Shown piece after piece: positions 26,001 through 39,553 of a stretch of DNA of 59,025 bases (the stretch's first letter is position 1; each line of letters begins with the position of its first letter). Location of the stretch: positions 8,339,403 to 8,398,427 of the forward strand of contig CM119267.1 of the NCBI GenBank assembly GCA_051294375.1, read 5' to 3'. Position numbers and translations under genes: made by a program. Source of the DNA: Paraspadella gotoi. Taxonomy: Eukaryota > Animalia > Chaetognatha. The notes under the pieces were generated by a model. The model was not told where the DNA came from, ran no database searches, and saw only the letters and a program-made list of their open reading frames with translations.

Positions 26001-27492
26001 AGAAGGAGACTTAATTTGATCCCCGCGATCCGAATTGACGCCTGTGACGTCACTCGAGAGTTTATTTAATTTTTTTTTTCACATTTTTTTTTTATCGAGT
26101 TTCAATTTCCGAAAAGGAGAGAGATATCCTTTTTATCTCTCGCCTTTTTTGTGTTTCTATCACCCAGAGGCGCGAGGATTTAAATGCATTTATCTGATTC
26201 CAGGTGTGTTTTTTTTAATCCCAAAACCTTTTCCAATTTTTAATTTTTTTTTAATTTAGCGTGAAAACCAGTGTCACCCGTCAGTGTCACCGCCCCTCGT
26301 CATCGGGTGCTCAGATAATCTTTGACAACAACATAACAGACGAATCAACGAATCAACGAAATCAACGAATGAATCAACGAAAAATAAAAACGATAATAAA
26401 ATTAAAACTATTCAGTTTTTTTTCATTTCATTTGCGCCGCCCTTAACCATTGTGGTTTCCCACAATCGTCGCTGACGTAAAAACGATTGTCAAACCATGC
26501 CATGCCATGCCGCCAACAGCAACTCGTGCTGCGATTCCAGCTTCTCTCGTTAATGTATTTTTTTGAGGGTGGGTGGAATTTGCCCGATAATATCATTGAT
26601 GCGCAGTAGTACTATGAGGGTAAGGAAAGGATTTTTAACGCAGGGGAAAGAGCAACCGCGAAAAAATGTCCCGAGAAGCAATAATTAGCTACGCGGCAAA
26701 ATAAACGACGACGGTCCGCCATGGCGTCAATCCCGTTTTCGGCGGCGTCACCCGCGGCGCACGACGGATTCGCATTCGTAAACGTGACGCCACTTTGGAA
26801 AAACATTTTCGTGCGAACGACGTTAATGTCTTTTTTTTTTTAAGCTAAACCGGTCGACAGAAACGATCGTTTGAAACTTTAAAAAGAAATTCAAGATAAA
26901 AAACAACTAAGTGAAAATTGGAACGACCGAATTGAAATAAGCCGGGGAGGGGGCTGGTGGAGAGAGAGAGAGAGAGAGGGGGGGGGAGAAAGCGGGGGGC
27001 GGCGATATGGAATTCGGAAATTCAAAACACCGTCCAACTTTTTGGGAGAGAAATTGAGACGAGAGGAAGGGAGAGGCAAGTGGGAGGGGGAGGGCGGGAA
27101 GGGGAGAAAGAAAAGGGAGGAGGAGGAGGAATAAGTTTCGATGGGTGGATTTAAGTCGAATCGACTTCGGGTCAAAACCACAAATTTTAAAACAGATAGA
27201 GAATAAGAAATATTAGAAGAAATCGTAGAGTCCGAGGATGCCACCCGAGTCATCTGAAATAATCCTCTTTTGCTCTGAAGATGTTTGATTGTTCACAGCG
27301 AGATATGGATGAATGATTGAGGAAGGACAGTAAAAGAGAAGTGTATTTAAATAAAATAAAAAGGATAATCTCGGTAAAAATAAACAAACCTCGACGAAAT
27401 ATATTTCCTCGGTATAAATAAAAACTATTTTTACGCTATCCCTTCATCATAACAATGCCATTAGATTACCAAGAATGTCCACAAATGGACCT

Positions 27493-27553
<61 letters not shown>

Positions 27554-27699
27554 CTCCTCTCCTTTTTCTCTCTCTTCTTCTCCTCGACCCCTTTCCCCCG
27601 TTTCGCCAACATTTTTAATCTGTTTAAATGTGAAGATATATTTCTCTCTCGCTTCTATTTTTTGGTGATGATGTCGGCGGAAAGGTCGAACCTTTTTAT

Positions 27700-27797
<98 letters not shown>

Positions 27798-27988
27798 AAG
27801 ATTTTTTTCAAAAGGAGAGACGATCCCGCGCCAGCGAAGCAACCGAGAAAAATAAATTGGAAGATCCTCAAGTTTTTCTTTATGACTAAACCGCAAAAAC
27901 TTTGTTTTTTTTTTACTTTTGAAATAAAAAAGTAATCGGAAGAGGTTTTTAAAAAAAGGATGAAATAAGCGGTGTTGAGAGAAGAGGG

Positions 27989-28063
<75 letters not shown>

Positions 28064-28384
28064 GAGGAGAGAGAGAGAGAGAGTTTGTGTTAGGCTTGGA
28101 CCAGGGCAAGCGATTGAATTTAGATTAAAAACTGTGGCCGAACGCGTTGACGGACGAATCCGTTCCCGGGGGTTCCTCTTCCGCTTTAAAAACCCCTTCG
28201 TTCCCCCCTTTATATACCACCCGTCACTGTAATTTCCATAGGCGTCAGGTCAGATTTTTATCATTTCAAATTTCTTCTTTTTCTTTTTTTCTGTTTTCTC
28301 TCGAACCCACTCGACCGTCTCGTTCCCGGTGGAACGCACAAGAGTTTTCGAGTCCGGAGTTTCGGACGACAAGTGTCTCAATGA

Positions 28385-28855
28385 GTTTTTTGACTTTTTG
28401 TTCTAATTTTTTTTTCTGACGTTTTTCTTTTTTTCTTTTATCTTTTTTGCCTATTTTCTTCTTGCTTTCTTTCTTTCTTCCATATTTTGTTACTTCTGTT
28501 CTTTATTCTTTCTTCTTTCTTTCTTTCTTTCTTTTTTTTTTCTTTCTTTGTTCTTTCTTTGTTTCTTTCTTTCTTTGTTTCTTTCTTTTCTTCTCTTTCT
28601 TTCTTTCTTTTTTTTCTTGTTCTTTTTTGCTTTTTTCTCTTAATTTTTTTTTCTTTCTTACTTTTTTCTTTCCTTATTTCTTTCTTTCCTTCTTCTTTCT
28701 TTTGTTCTTTTTTTCCTTTTTTCTTCCTTTTTTTCATTTCCCTTTTTCTTTCTTTTTCATTTTACTTTTTAAAAGAGTTTTTAGTTTGTTTTTTTTCTCA
28801 TGCATTTCTTTTTACTTTTTTCTTTCTTTTTGTTTTTTCCTTTCTTTCATCTTCC
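28385..28855. repeat. T/C-rich low-complexity tract (duplicated at about 30955-31425)
   Basis: Degenerate TTTC-like runs that generate the F/S/L-rich and K/E/R-rich pseudo-ORFs. Confidence 0.9.
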
Positions 28856-28915
28856 ATGACCCAACCTCAAGCTCCGACGTTGGCGCCATCNNNNNNNNNN
28901 NNNNNNNNNNNNNNN

Positions 28916-31463
28916 AAACAACAAAAAAAACAAGCGAGGAGATGCTACAGAGAGAGATAAGTAAATTAGAGTAAGTGATTTAAATAAATATTATAAAAGG
29001 ATAATTCATCGTAATATAACTTATATTTTCAGGTTGAGAGATCATGAATTTATTTCTTCATAGTATAAAGAGAATAAAGAAAATATAGAATATTCTTTAT
29101 CTACGAAATAGGTCCTCATTTTAGAAAAGCACTAAAAATTAAAAAACTTATTTTTTATGACTAGATTTACCTAAGAATTATGTTAGATGCTAAATTGGAC
29201 TTAGTCGTTCTTTTCTATCTCTCGTCTATTCTTGTGATCTTCTCCCTTATCGATAAATAAATTTTTTTTTCAAAATGATATATTCCGTTTATATTGTGCA
29301 TATTTGTCTTTTCTCTTTAAATATATATAGCTCAAATAAATCCGAATTTTCTTCATTAATTTCGATCGATCTCTGTATCTTTTTTTTTTTTTTTTAAATG
29401 TTCAGTAAGCTTTCCCACGTTTGGTCTCACTATTATGTTTAATCATGTCTTATTATATGAGTGTGGATAAAGTATGATTATATTTCTATCTTCTTTCTTT
29501 TGTATCTGATTTGTTATATTTGGAGTGGTAGAAGATCGTGTGAGCGATAAAGTGTTGATTTGGAAAGGACTCTATGCGTATTTTTATGGAGGAAGACGAG
29601 ATTCGAGTTTTATAGAGAGAAGAGAGATGAGCGAGATGAGGGACGAGAGCTTAGGCTGTTAGAAAGAGAGATGGTAGAAGAGACTTAAGATTTTGTCGTG
29701 GTGAGGAATAATGGAGAGACGATCCAGCGCCGCGGTCAGCCTGAATGTCAAATACGGGGCGAGAGAAAATAAAAAATTAGCGAAGATGGCTTTCAAGAAC
29801 CTTTTGTTCTTTGGTTGAGGATGGGACTAAGAATGACTTGAATGCGCACCCATGGCTGTGACGAAGTGTGGGTTATTTTACGTCTAATCATCCCGGAATT
29901 TGTTTTTTTTTTTACTTTGAAATAAAAAAAGTGAATCGACAGAGTTTTTATAAAAAAGGATGAAGAGATAGGTAAAGATAATTGTGTGCGGTTTTTTTAA
30001 GTGAAGTTAGGTAGTTGGTGGGTTGGTAGAGAGAGGGGAGAAGAGTGGTGCGCAAGAAGATTGAGCAGATAGATGGGTGAAAGGTTATGAGAGAGAGAGA
30101 GAGGAAGAGAGATGGAAAGCGCCCAGGTATTGAGGAGCATGTGATGCGACAGATGTGGATTGTTGGCAGTGTGTTCGGGGGAGAAAGGCGAGCTACCAAA
30201 TTGAAAGGAGAAGTAATATAGTGTTGGTTAGTGATAGAACCAGTGTCATTATATGCAGATCGTAGGAGGGTATGGATAAGAGCTGAAGAAAAGAGAGAAG
30301 AAGTTGACAGTGTCGGTTTGTTAGCGGCCGTCTCTTAAACTGCCAGACTTGGACCAGGGAAAGGCCGAATTGACCGTGGGTCTATAGATTAAGAACGGAC
30401 CTTGGGTTAGGAGGGAAATAGACGCATGGTGCGTCCGAGCCGATAATGGCGACCGGTGATGAACGGTTGTGGGTTTTAGTCCAATAAAAGCTTTTAGTTA
30501 CAGGACAGTAGAGAATTGAAACCGTTCACGGTTGTCTACTACGGGGGTTCATGGTATTTATTTACTAGCTTTAAACAAACACCCTTAACGTATATTGAGG
30601 TCAAAGCAGATGTTTCGGTTTTTAATTTTTTCCATAGTGTCCTTATTCAATATATTTTTATATTAGTTAATCATTAATTTTTAGGAGCAGAGACACGAGT
30701 AAGCCGGGAAAGAATCTTTTCCCTTTTAGTAGATATTAACTCGCCACTAGTCGATCAATTCCGCATCGTAATGTTTAGTGTTAATCATGCTGCATTGTAT
30801 TTCCATAGGCGTCAGGTCAGATTTTTTATCATTTCAAATTTCTTCTTTTTTCTTTTTTTCTGTTTTTCTCTCGAACCCACTCGACCGTCTGTTCCGGTGG
30901 AGACGCACAAAGAGTTTTCGAGTCGGAGTTTCGGACGACAAGTGTCTCAATGAGTTTTTTTGACTTTTTGTTCTAATATTTTTCTGACTTTTTCTGTTTT
31001 TTCTTTTATCTTTTTTGCTATTTCTTTCTTGCTTTTCTTTCTTCTTTCCAATATTTTGTTACTTCTGTTTCTTTATTCTTTTCTTTTTTCTTTCTTTCTT
31101 CTTTTTTCTTTCTTTGTTTCTTTCTTTTGTTTCTTTCTTTCTTTGTTTCTTTTCTTTCTTCTCTTTCTTTCTTCTCTTTTTTTTCTTGTTCTTTTTTGTT
31201 TTTCTCTTAATTTTTTTTCTTTCTTACTTTTTTCTTTCCTTATTTCTTTACTTCCTTCTTTTTTCTTTTGTTCTTTTTTTCCTTTTTTCTTCCTTTTTTT
31301 TCATTTCCCTTTTTCTTTCTTTTTCATTTTACTTTTTAAAAGAGTTTTTAGTTTGTTTTTTTTCTTCATGCATCTTCTTTTTATTTTTTCTTTCTTTTTT
31401 TTTGTTTTTTCCTTTCTTTCCATCATTCCATGACCCAACCTCAACTCCGACTTGGCGCCCATC
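28916..31463 (+). repeat. Insertion-inflated duplicate of about 27320-28890, following a 25-N gap
   Basis: Ordered shared anchors: GGAGAGACGATCC, TTTGAAATAAAAA, CTTGGACCAGGG, TTTCCATAGGCGTCAGGTCAG, CATGACCCAACCTCAA. The first ~0.9 kb of the original is stretched to ~1.8 kb and the last ~0.65 kb is near-identical. Confidence 0.85.
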
Positions 31464-31880
31464 AATTGTCAAGCTTGCTGCCGCAACCTTTCTCAAGCTA
31501 GCGAACCGCCTGAACTGAACCGCCAAGCAGCTGTCGACTCTCGTTGCTAAGAGACGACGATAAATAAAAAAAAGCTCAAACTTTCATGTTATGAAATAAG
31601 TTTTTCTTCTCGTTTTCCTTCCAAAGGGAAAACTATGAAAAGCCAACTTCGAATTTTTTTCTTTTCAAGAAAGTTTGCTTAACACAACCCGAAATAAAAA
31701 TCCTAATTTCCGACGATTTCTATTTATAAATTGATCGAAATCTTCAAACGCCGAGTTTGAATTTCGTTTTTTGAGTAAACCATTCGCAATCGCTAAAAAT
31801 GGAATTGAAATTACGTGAGTTTTGTCCTCGTCACTTTAGGTTTGATTTTTGGAACACACATACGTAAGTATATAGAAATT

Positions 31881-32008
<128 letters not shown>

Positions 32009-32020
32009 AATAATTCTTAC

Positions 32021-32082
32021 CTTCTGAACTGCTTGAGGAAGATGTTGACGTTAAGGCTTCGCTTGCTGTCCAACAAATTGAT
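32021..32082 (-). CDS. FHDC1-like (form3): 62-nt internal exon of a formin FH2 domain (inverted-formin group, FHDC1/form3-like): INLLDSKRSLNVNIFLKQFR(S)
   Basis: Minus strand reads ttcag|ATCAATTTG...TTCAGAAG|gtaaga, with a canonical acceptor and donor, 20 codons plus 2 nt. The peptide matches the FH2 motif LLDxKRSLNVNIFLKQF as I recall it from INF/FHDC1/form3 formins. Missing from the ORF track because it is short and has no ATG. Confidence 0.92.
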
Positions 32083-32324
32083 CTGAACACGCGCAAGATG
32101 TCGTTGATGGACGAAACGCGAGGAGACGATCATGGAAAAGGAAAAGAGAACAAAATATTTGTATTATATGCACGAATAATGATTTTAATGTACGAAAATA
32201 ACCTTTTCTTAACATTAGTAACGGTTGATGAGTGTGACGTCTCAGACAACGTCTTTAACCCCTCACAAAATGACATGATAGAGAGAGAGAAAAAAAGATA
32301 TAAAGAATAGAGAGAGAGAGAGAG

Positions 32325-32379
<55 letters not shown>

Positions 32380-33299
32380 GGAGAGAGAGAGAGAAAGAAT
32401 TTAGCTTTGAATTTTACAGAGAGGTAAACTTTGAATCCATTATAAAATAAATCACTATGTCAAACAAGTATTTCTTCGAGGTATTTTTGTATTTTTCTCT
32501 TGATAAAGGGAAATATTTGACAGGGGGAAAAAAAATTATCGAGGATCTTAAAACTGTTAGGGAAGGAGTTCAGCCAAGTAAACTTTGTGACTCAAACTTT
32601 ACGCTGAAATTTTCCTTTCTAGCGGTAAACTTGCAAATAAATTCTTAGCCATAACTTTTCGATTTATGTGAGAGACAATCTCTTATTCTAAAACTTATTT
32701 CTAAAGACGAGAGGGAAATCCTTCGCTGGAAAGAAAATCAGACTCAGAATTTAAGGTAAGTTAGCGAAATTCGAGCGAGGAGGTTAGTAGGGCGACCGAC
32801 AACTAGGATCGACCCGCGAGTCGAAACCGATGAAAGACAAGGGAAAGAAAGATAAGAATAACGGAAAAAATACATTTATTTCTAATATAGGTTGAACCAA
32901 TTTCATAGTTTAGTACTGAAAAAGTCCTCAAATAGCAGAAAAAGTATTATTTTCTTGNNNNNNNNNNTTTTGACGATATTCGTCTGCTCTTTGTAAACAA
33001 ACCACCGAAAATGTGTTTCTCTTATTCTTTTTCTTTTAAATGTCAAAATAAAACTCCCAGTCGATCTTCCCAATCCCTTTTTTTTCTTCTTTCTTTTTTC
33101 CTATTATTCTTCGGCTTTTCCCGTTTTTTTTTTGTTTGTTTTCTCTTCGTTTTGTTGACATTGCAGCCACCGAAGGGAAGACCCAGAACCGCGCGAATCT
33201 CAACGTCGCGGGTACAAATGACGACGCGAAAATCTTTGGATGACTCACTTGAGAAAAATGAAAATAGACTAAATAAAGTGACTGACAGAAGCTAGCGAG

Positions 33300-33332
<33 letters not shown>

Positions 33333-33335
<3 letters not shown>

Positions 33336-35352
33336 AGTTATGGTCTTAATCATGGAGCAATCAATGGCACCCTACCACGAAAGGCGATTGAAATTTAGAT
33401 TAAAAACTGTGGGCCCAAGCCGCGTTTGACGGGACGGATGATCCGTTCCCGGGGGGTTTCCTGCTTCCGCTTTAAAACCCGCTTCGTGTCCCGCCGCTTT
33501 CTATACTCCCCCACCACCCACTCCTATTACCGTCCCGGCACCCTGTAATTTCCAAGGCGTCAGGTCAGATTTTAGTGCTTTCAAGGATTTCTTCTTGTTT
33601 CTGTTTTTTGCACGTGTGTGTTTCCTCCCTCGAACCCCACGTCGACTTGCTTCCGGTGAGACGCAACAGATTTGCCTCCGAGTCCGCCCGGAGTTTCGGA
33701 CGACGAGTGTCTCCAAGTGATTTTTTTGCCACGTTTATTGTTGCTTCGATTTTGTTTTTCCTTGACGGTTGTACGCATTTTCTTCTCAGTAGTTCTGTTA
33801 TGCTTTTGTTTGCCTATGTTGTTCGGTTGTCTCTGCTGCTGTTGCGTTTGCATTCTCTGTCGCAGTATGTTTGCTGTGTACTGTTTCTGTGCCTTATATG
33901 CTTTCGTCTTGTCTTTTCCTGTTATCTTTCTTTTTTCTTCGTCTGGTGTTCGTTTCTTTGTGTTGCTTTTCTGCTCCTTTGTTTTGGTGTTTCTGTTTGC
34001 GTTCGTTATCGTTACTCCTGCCTCCTTTTCTCTTTTGTTGTACTTGATGTCGCGATTTTTGGTGCCTCGCGAGTTGATAGTTTAGTTTTTGCGTCGCTTA
34101 AATTATTTTATTTTTTCTTTCCTTTCTTATTTTCACCCTTTTTTTTCTTGGTCCCGGTTTTCTCTTTATGTCTTTGATACTCACTCGCGTTGTCGTGTCT
34201 GTGTCTTTGTCTTTGTGTTCCTTTTGTTCTCTTGGACGCGGTGTTGTTGTTTTTTCATTTCCGTGTTCGTTGAATCTTTTAGTTCTTCCGTTGTTACAGT
34301 AGGTTTGGTATGCGTGTGTCGAGTGAGTTGTTCAGTTTTAGCAAGTGCTCTGGTTAGGGCGTTTGTGGTTAGGAGGAAGAGGAGTGTTTTTTTTCAGATA
34401 AGTCGTTATCTTTGTTTTTCTTTAGTTTGGTCCCTTTTTGAGCAATGCTTCGTCAGATTCTCTCGTCTGTACCGCCAAGTATTTAAGGCAAACATATTCT
34501 CTGTTTGTTAACTCGTTGTATTCGTTTTAAATCTTTTCCTTTATTTTTTGTTTTATTATTTTTCCACAGATAATAAATGCTTTCCATCATTTCCTACTGT
34601 TATCTCCTTATTCGCCTCGTGGTTTTATACTGCATAATTTCGAACTTCTTTAACTTCTCATACTGCGATATAAATATAGCGTTTCCGGGCCGGCCTTGGC
34701 GTCCATGTCATGTCCAATGCTTGCTGCCGTAGAATTATTCCTTTTTATCTTAACCTAAGCTTTTTAATTTTCTTTTACGACTTGGACCGGGACCAAAGTA
34801 CAGCGCTTTTCCTGAAACTGACCGCCAAGCAGCTAGTCGACTCTCTGTTGCTTTTAATTAACGAGACGACGACTTAATAAAAAAAGAGGGAGGTCTATAT
34901 ACTTTCGAATGAAGTATAGTTTTTTTTCGCTACTTATTTCTCTGAGTTAGGGTAGCAACAGTTCCAAGATGCGGTGGATATACTTATTTGAAAACGCCAA
35001 CTTTGGTTGAATTTTTTTTCAAGATAATTTTCAAGAAGTTACTTCTCCGGTCTTAACACTTATTTTCTATCTTACTGAAGGCAGCGAATATAAAAGAATA
35101 TCGGAACATAAGCCTTTTTTCCGACGCATTCCATGTATTTTGATAATAAATATTGAAAATCGAAATCAGGAGAATTACAAAACACACAGTCAGAAAGGGG
35201 AGGCCAGCAAGTTTGAAATATCGTTTTTTTGGGTAAAAAATAACCATATAGCAGACAATGCGCGAGACACTAAATTAATCGGAAATTGTTTTTTGTGATT
35301 ATAGTTAAATAAACAGATGAAGTGTTTGTCCTCGTAGTCTAGATTCACTACT
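33333..35352 (+). repeat. 2020-bp block, copy 1 of 3 apparently identical copies
   Basis: Identical ORF translations recur at offsets of +6218 and a further +6630. Same start CAGAGTTATGG and end ATTCACTACT. The block is itself a noisy, expanded version of 28110-28890 joined to 31463-31835. Confidence 0.95.
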
Positions 35353-35414
35353 TGTCCTCGTCACTTTAGGTTGATTTTGGAACACAACATACGTATAAGT
35401 ATATAGAAATTAAC

Positions 35415-35494
<80 letters not shown>

Positions 35495-35506
35495 CATAAT
35501 TCTTAC

Positions 35507-35572
35507 TTCTGAGACTGCTTGAGAGAAGATGTTGGAGCGTTAAGGCTTCGCTTGCTGTCCAACAAATTGATC
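35507..35572 (-). other. Indel-damaged duplicate of the 62-nt formin exon (likely assembly artefact)
   Basis: Same sequence and flanks as 32021-32082 with several single-base indels. Lies inside a repeated unit. Confidence 0.8.
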
Positions 35573-35852
35573 CTGAACACCGGCGGCAAGATGTCGTTGA
35601 TGGAAGAAACGCGAGGAGACGATCATGGAAAGGAAAAGAGAACAAATATTGTATTAATATGTTCACGAATAATATTTTTAATGTACGAAAATAACCTTTT
35701 CTTTAACATTAGTACGTTGATGAGTGTGACGTCTGTCAGACAACGTCTTTAACCCCTCACAAAATGACATGATAGAGAGAGAGAAAAAAAAGATATAAGA
35801 ATAGAAGAGAGAGAGAGAAGGAGAGAAGAGAGAGAGAGAGAGAGAATGAGAT

Positions 35853-35895
<43 letters not shown>

Positions 35896-38800
35896 TTTTA
35901 GCTTTGAATTTACAGAGAAGGTAAACCTTTGAATCCATTATAAAATAAATCACTATGTCAAACAAGTATTTTCTCTTCAGTAGTATTTTTTGTATTTTCT
36001 CTTGATAAAGGGAAATATTTGACAGGGGAAAAAAATTCATCGAGGATCTTAAAACTGTTAAGGGAAGGAGTTCAGTCCAAGTAAACTTTGTGACTCAAAC
36101 TTTACGCTGAACTTTTCCTTTCTAGCGGGTAAACTTGCAAATAAATTCTTAGACCATAACTTTTCGGATTTATGTGAGAGACAATCTCTTATTCTAAACT
36201 TTATTTCTAAAGACGAGAGGAAATCCTTCGCTGAAAGAAAATCAGACTGCAGAATGTAAGGTAAGTTAAGCGAAATTCCGAGCGAAGGAGTTAGTAGGCG
36301 ACCGACAACAGGAATCGACCCGCGAGTGAAACCGCATTGAAAGACAAGGAAAGAAAGATAGAGAATAACGGAAAAAATACATTTATTTCTAAGTATAGGT
36401 TGACACAATTTTCATAGTTAAGCTACTGAAAAAGTCCTCAATAGCAGATAAAAGTATTAATTTTCTTGTTTTAGTGGGACATTCTATATTACTGCATTGA
36501 GTTATTTAGTACGTTACTGCATTTCTCTATCTCTCTCTTTCTCTCCTCTCTCTCTCTCTCTCTCCTCTCTTCTCTCTCTCTCTCTCTGCTCTCTCGATCT
36601 CTCTCTCATCGCTCGTCTCTCTCCTCCTGACGAAAGCGTCTATCCTCCGTTTTTTGGCCTAAAACGTCCAGTTTGACCATTGCAACGTTGCACGCAGCCA
36701 ATCGCCGAATCCAAATTAATTTCCGTGATTTCAAAACAACAGATGGGGGGGGGGGCGAGCCACACACGAAGCAGTTGAGCTGCAGACGACTCATGGTTCC
36801 CGCTTTCTCTCTCTTACAATGATCGAGGTAAATGGCCCAACTTTTTTTTTTGACGATATTCGTTGCTCTTTGTAAAACAAACCCACGACGAGAATGTGTT
36901 TCTCTTATTTCTTTTTCTCTTTAAATGTCAAATAAAACTCCAGTCGATCTCCGCAAATCCCTTTTTTTTCTTCTTTTCTTTTTTCCTATTATTCTTCGGA
37001 CTCTTTTCCCGTTTTTTTTTTGTTTGTTTTCTCTTCGTTTTGTTGGACATTGGCATGCCAGCCCTGAAGGGAAGACCCAGAAACTCCGCCTGAATCTCAA
37101 CGTCGCGCGGTGACAAATGACGAACGCCGAACAATCTTTGGAACGCACTTGAGAAAAATGAACAATAGACTATAAAGTGACTTGACAGAAGGCTAGCGAG
37201 AGTCTCTCTCTCTCTCTCTCTCTCCTCTCTCTTCTCTCTCTCTCTCTCCAAAATCAAATCCTTATTCACTTCATATCTTGACTCGAGTCACAGACATGTC
37301 TTCGAGTGACATGATCCATAATTTTTTTTTTGTTTACGGCAGTGATTTGCGTATCGAGGGAATGTCAGCAAAAAAAACCACTTTTTTGCAATATTGCAAG
37401 AAATTACTACAGAAATTAATTAAATTTGAAACCACGAAGACAAGTGGGTGCTAGAGCTACGGATTTAATTCGGAAATCATATGCAGCATTTCTAATCAAG
37501 AATCAATATATAATTTTTGCTACTTTTAATAAAAAAAAAAATTATGTCATTTTTGTCCCATTTTGACTTTTGTTCTTGAGATTTGAATGACAAGATGGTT
37601 TGAAGAAAATTTTTTATTTCGGTTCGGGTCCTTTTATCTTCCTTACCCTCTTAGTCAGTTCATATTCAAATTGAAAATATATGTGTTGTGCCTTTGAATT
37701 AATTTTAAAATTGACTAGTCAAAAACTCACATTTTTTAGTTTTTATTACAATTTGTTAAACAAAAAAAGTTGATTTTACTGCTACAATTCTAGGCAAATA
37801 TTCCTATTTCAACCGAGCTCCAACACGTAAAAAATTATGGCAAAATATTCATATACTTTTGGCTGTAAAAAAAATTTAAGCCGACTTTTAATGATGTGGA
37901 GGTTTTAGTGAGGTGCAGTTTTTTTAAAACTAAAACTCGTTTTTAAACTAATTTTATAGTTTCATCCGATGAGAAATGCACTAATGTTTAAGTTTTAAAA
38001 AAAAAAACCGCATTCTTTAATGTCATGGGAAGCTTCAGGCACCTTTTTTTTCTTCCAATCGACACGTTTTTGCGAAAAAATTTTCCGCAAAAAATCTGTC
38101 GATTTTTTAAAATACTGCTTGGCAACCAAACTTCCGCTAAAATCTTGCACTACCCATATTTTTTTCTTTCTCGCAATACATTTGAAAGATTTGAAAAATT
38201 AGTGAGAAGGAGAGAAAAAGATAAGAGAGCAGAGTAAATGGGTGAAAAAAAAAGGGGCAGGGAGAGGAGAACAGTGGGAAAAAATTATTATATGGGGAGA
38301 AGATGGAGAATGAGATGATCTAAGAGAAAAGAAAAAACAAGAAGAGAAGAAAGAGAATCAGAGAAGAGAGAAAAAGCAGAGAAATAAAGTAAAGAAGAAA
38401 GAATGGATGCACATAGATAATTATGAGGAGAAGAAAAGTAAGAGAAAAGGAGAATTGACAGAGAGAAAGAGAGAGGGGCAGAGAGAAAGTTCAAAAGAGA
38501 AAAAGTACTAGAAGAAGGAGTAAAAAAAAAGGAAAAAAAGTGTTTTATACTATAGAATGCATGCCGTTTTTTTGCCTAAGCAGTTACTATATCTAAAGAT
38601 ACGTGACAGATCTTACGATGCAATTTAATCTCTAAAGTTGGTCTTACCAATGAAAAATCGTTTTTAGTTTCTTCTTAAATTAGGATGATACCGATGATTC
38701 TGGAATGGATCGTACGTAAAAGAGAATCACTGTCTTGAACACGTATTTTGAAAAGCATAGAAAATTCACCAGATGACTTCTATGTATATAAAGAGAAGAT

Positions 38801-39518
38801 AACTGTAACCAGACCGTTTTTTAAATAAAGGTGTTTCATATTTATCAGTGGGAAAAAAAAGAAATAATAGTTACGTAAAGTTTCCAAATTCATGGTTGAA
38901 AATACCCAAATAGAAATCACCTCGCCTTACTAGCATACATTCGATTATAAAATTCTTCTGCCGTTTAGCTTAAAATCGAAATATATCATTATATACATAT
39001 ATATAGTATATATTCCTCCTGACGTGACAAAGAACAACGCATGCAGACTGCNNNNNNNNNNNNNNNNNNNNNNNNNAGACTGCGCCGAGTTCATCATGCA
39101 TCACATCGTCGATCATTTACAGACAGGTCGATGCAGATGGTGGTCGATCGAAACGAAGTCGGAACCGTTTTGAGTATAAGAGTGTTTTCCGGCGTTGTCA
39201 TGGAAAGGAAACGTCGCGTTTCGCTTCGATTCCCTTTTGTTTTTCAAATCTCTTCAGCCACTAATGAGTCTAGATAGAGTTCGTTACTAGGATCGACTAT
39301 TTTCTGCGCCCGTCGTAATTTACGACTTGTCACCAAATAAGTTCGCAGTATTACCATACTTTTTTTTTCCTTCGAGTTTCAACTTCTTAGTACCCGATTA
39401 TTATATCCGATGACCTATTTTTTTGTCCTGTCTTCATCGACAGTAAAACGCGGTAAACAAATGAACGTAGTTTCCAAAGTTAATACCCGCTTTCGGCTCC
39501 TTTCCCCTTTTCTTTGAA

Positions 39519-39550
<32 letters not shown>

Positions 39551-39553
<3 letters not shown>

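Noticed and set aside
27274-27305. Hammerhead-like CTGAAGA (also CTGATGAG at about 23455)
   Set aside because: Neither is followed by a proper stem II plus GAAA.
33575-34511. 200-, 137- and 140-aa hydrophobic ORFs repeated three times as a membrane-protein family
   Set aside because: They are translations of a T-rich, error-inflated block whose cleaner source sequence (28230-28890) is low-complexity non-coding DNA.
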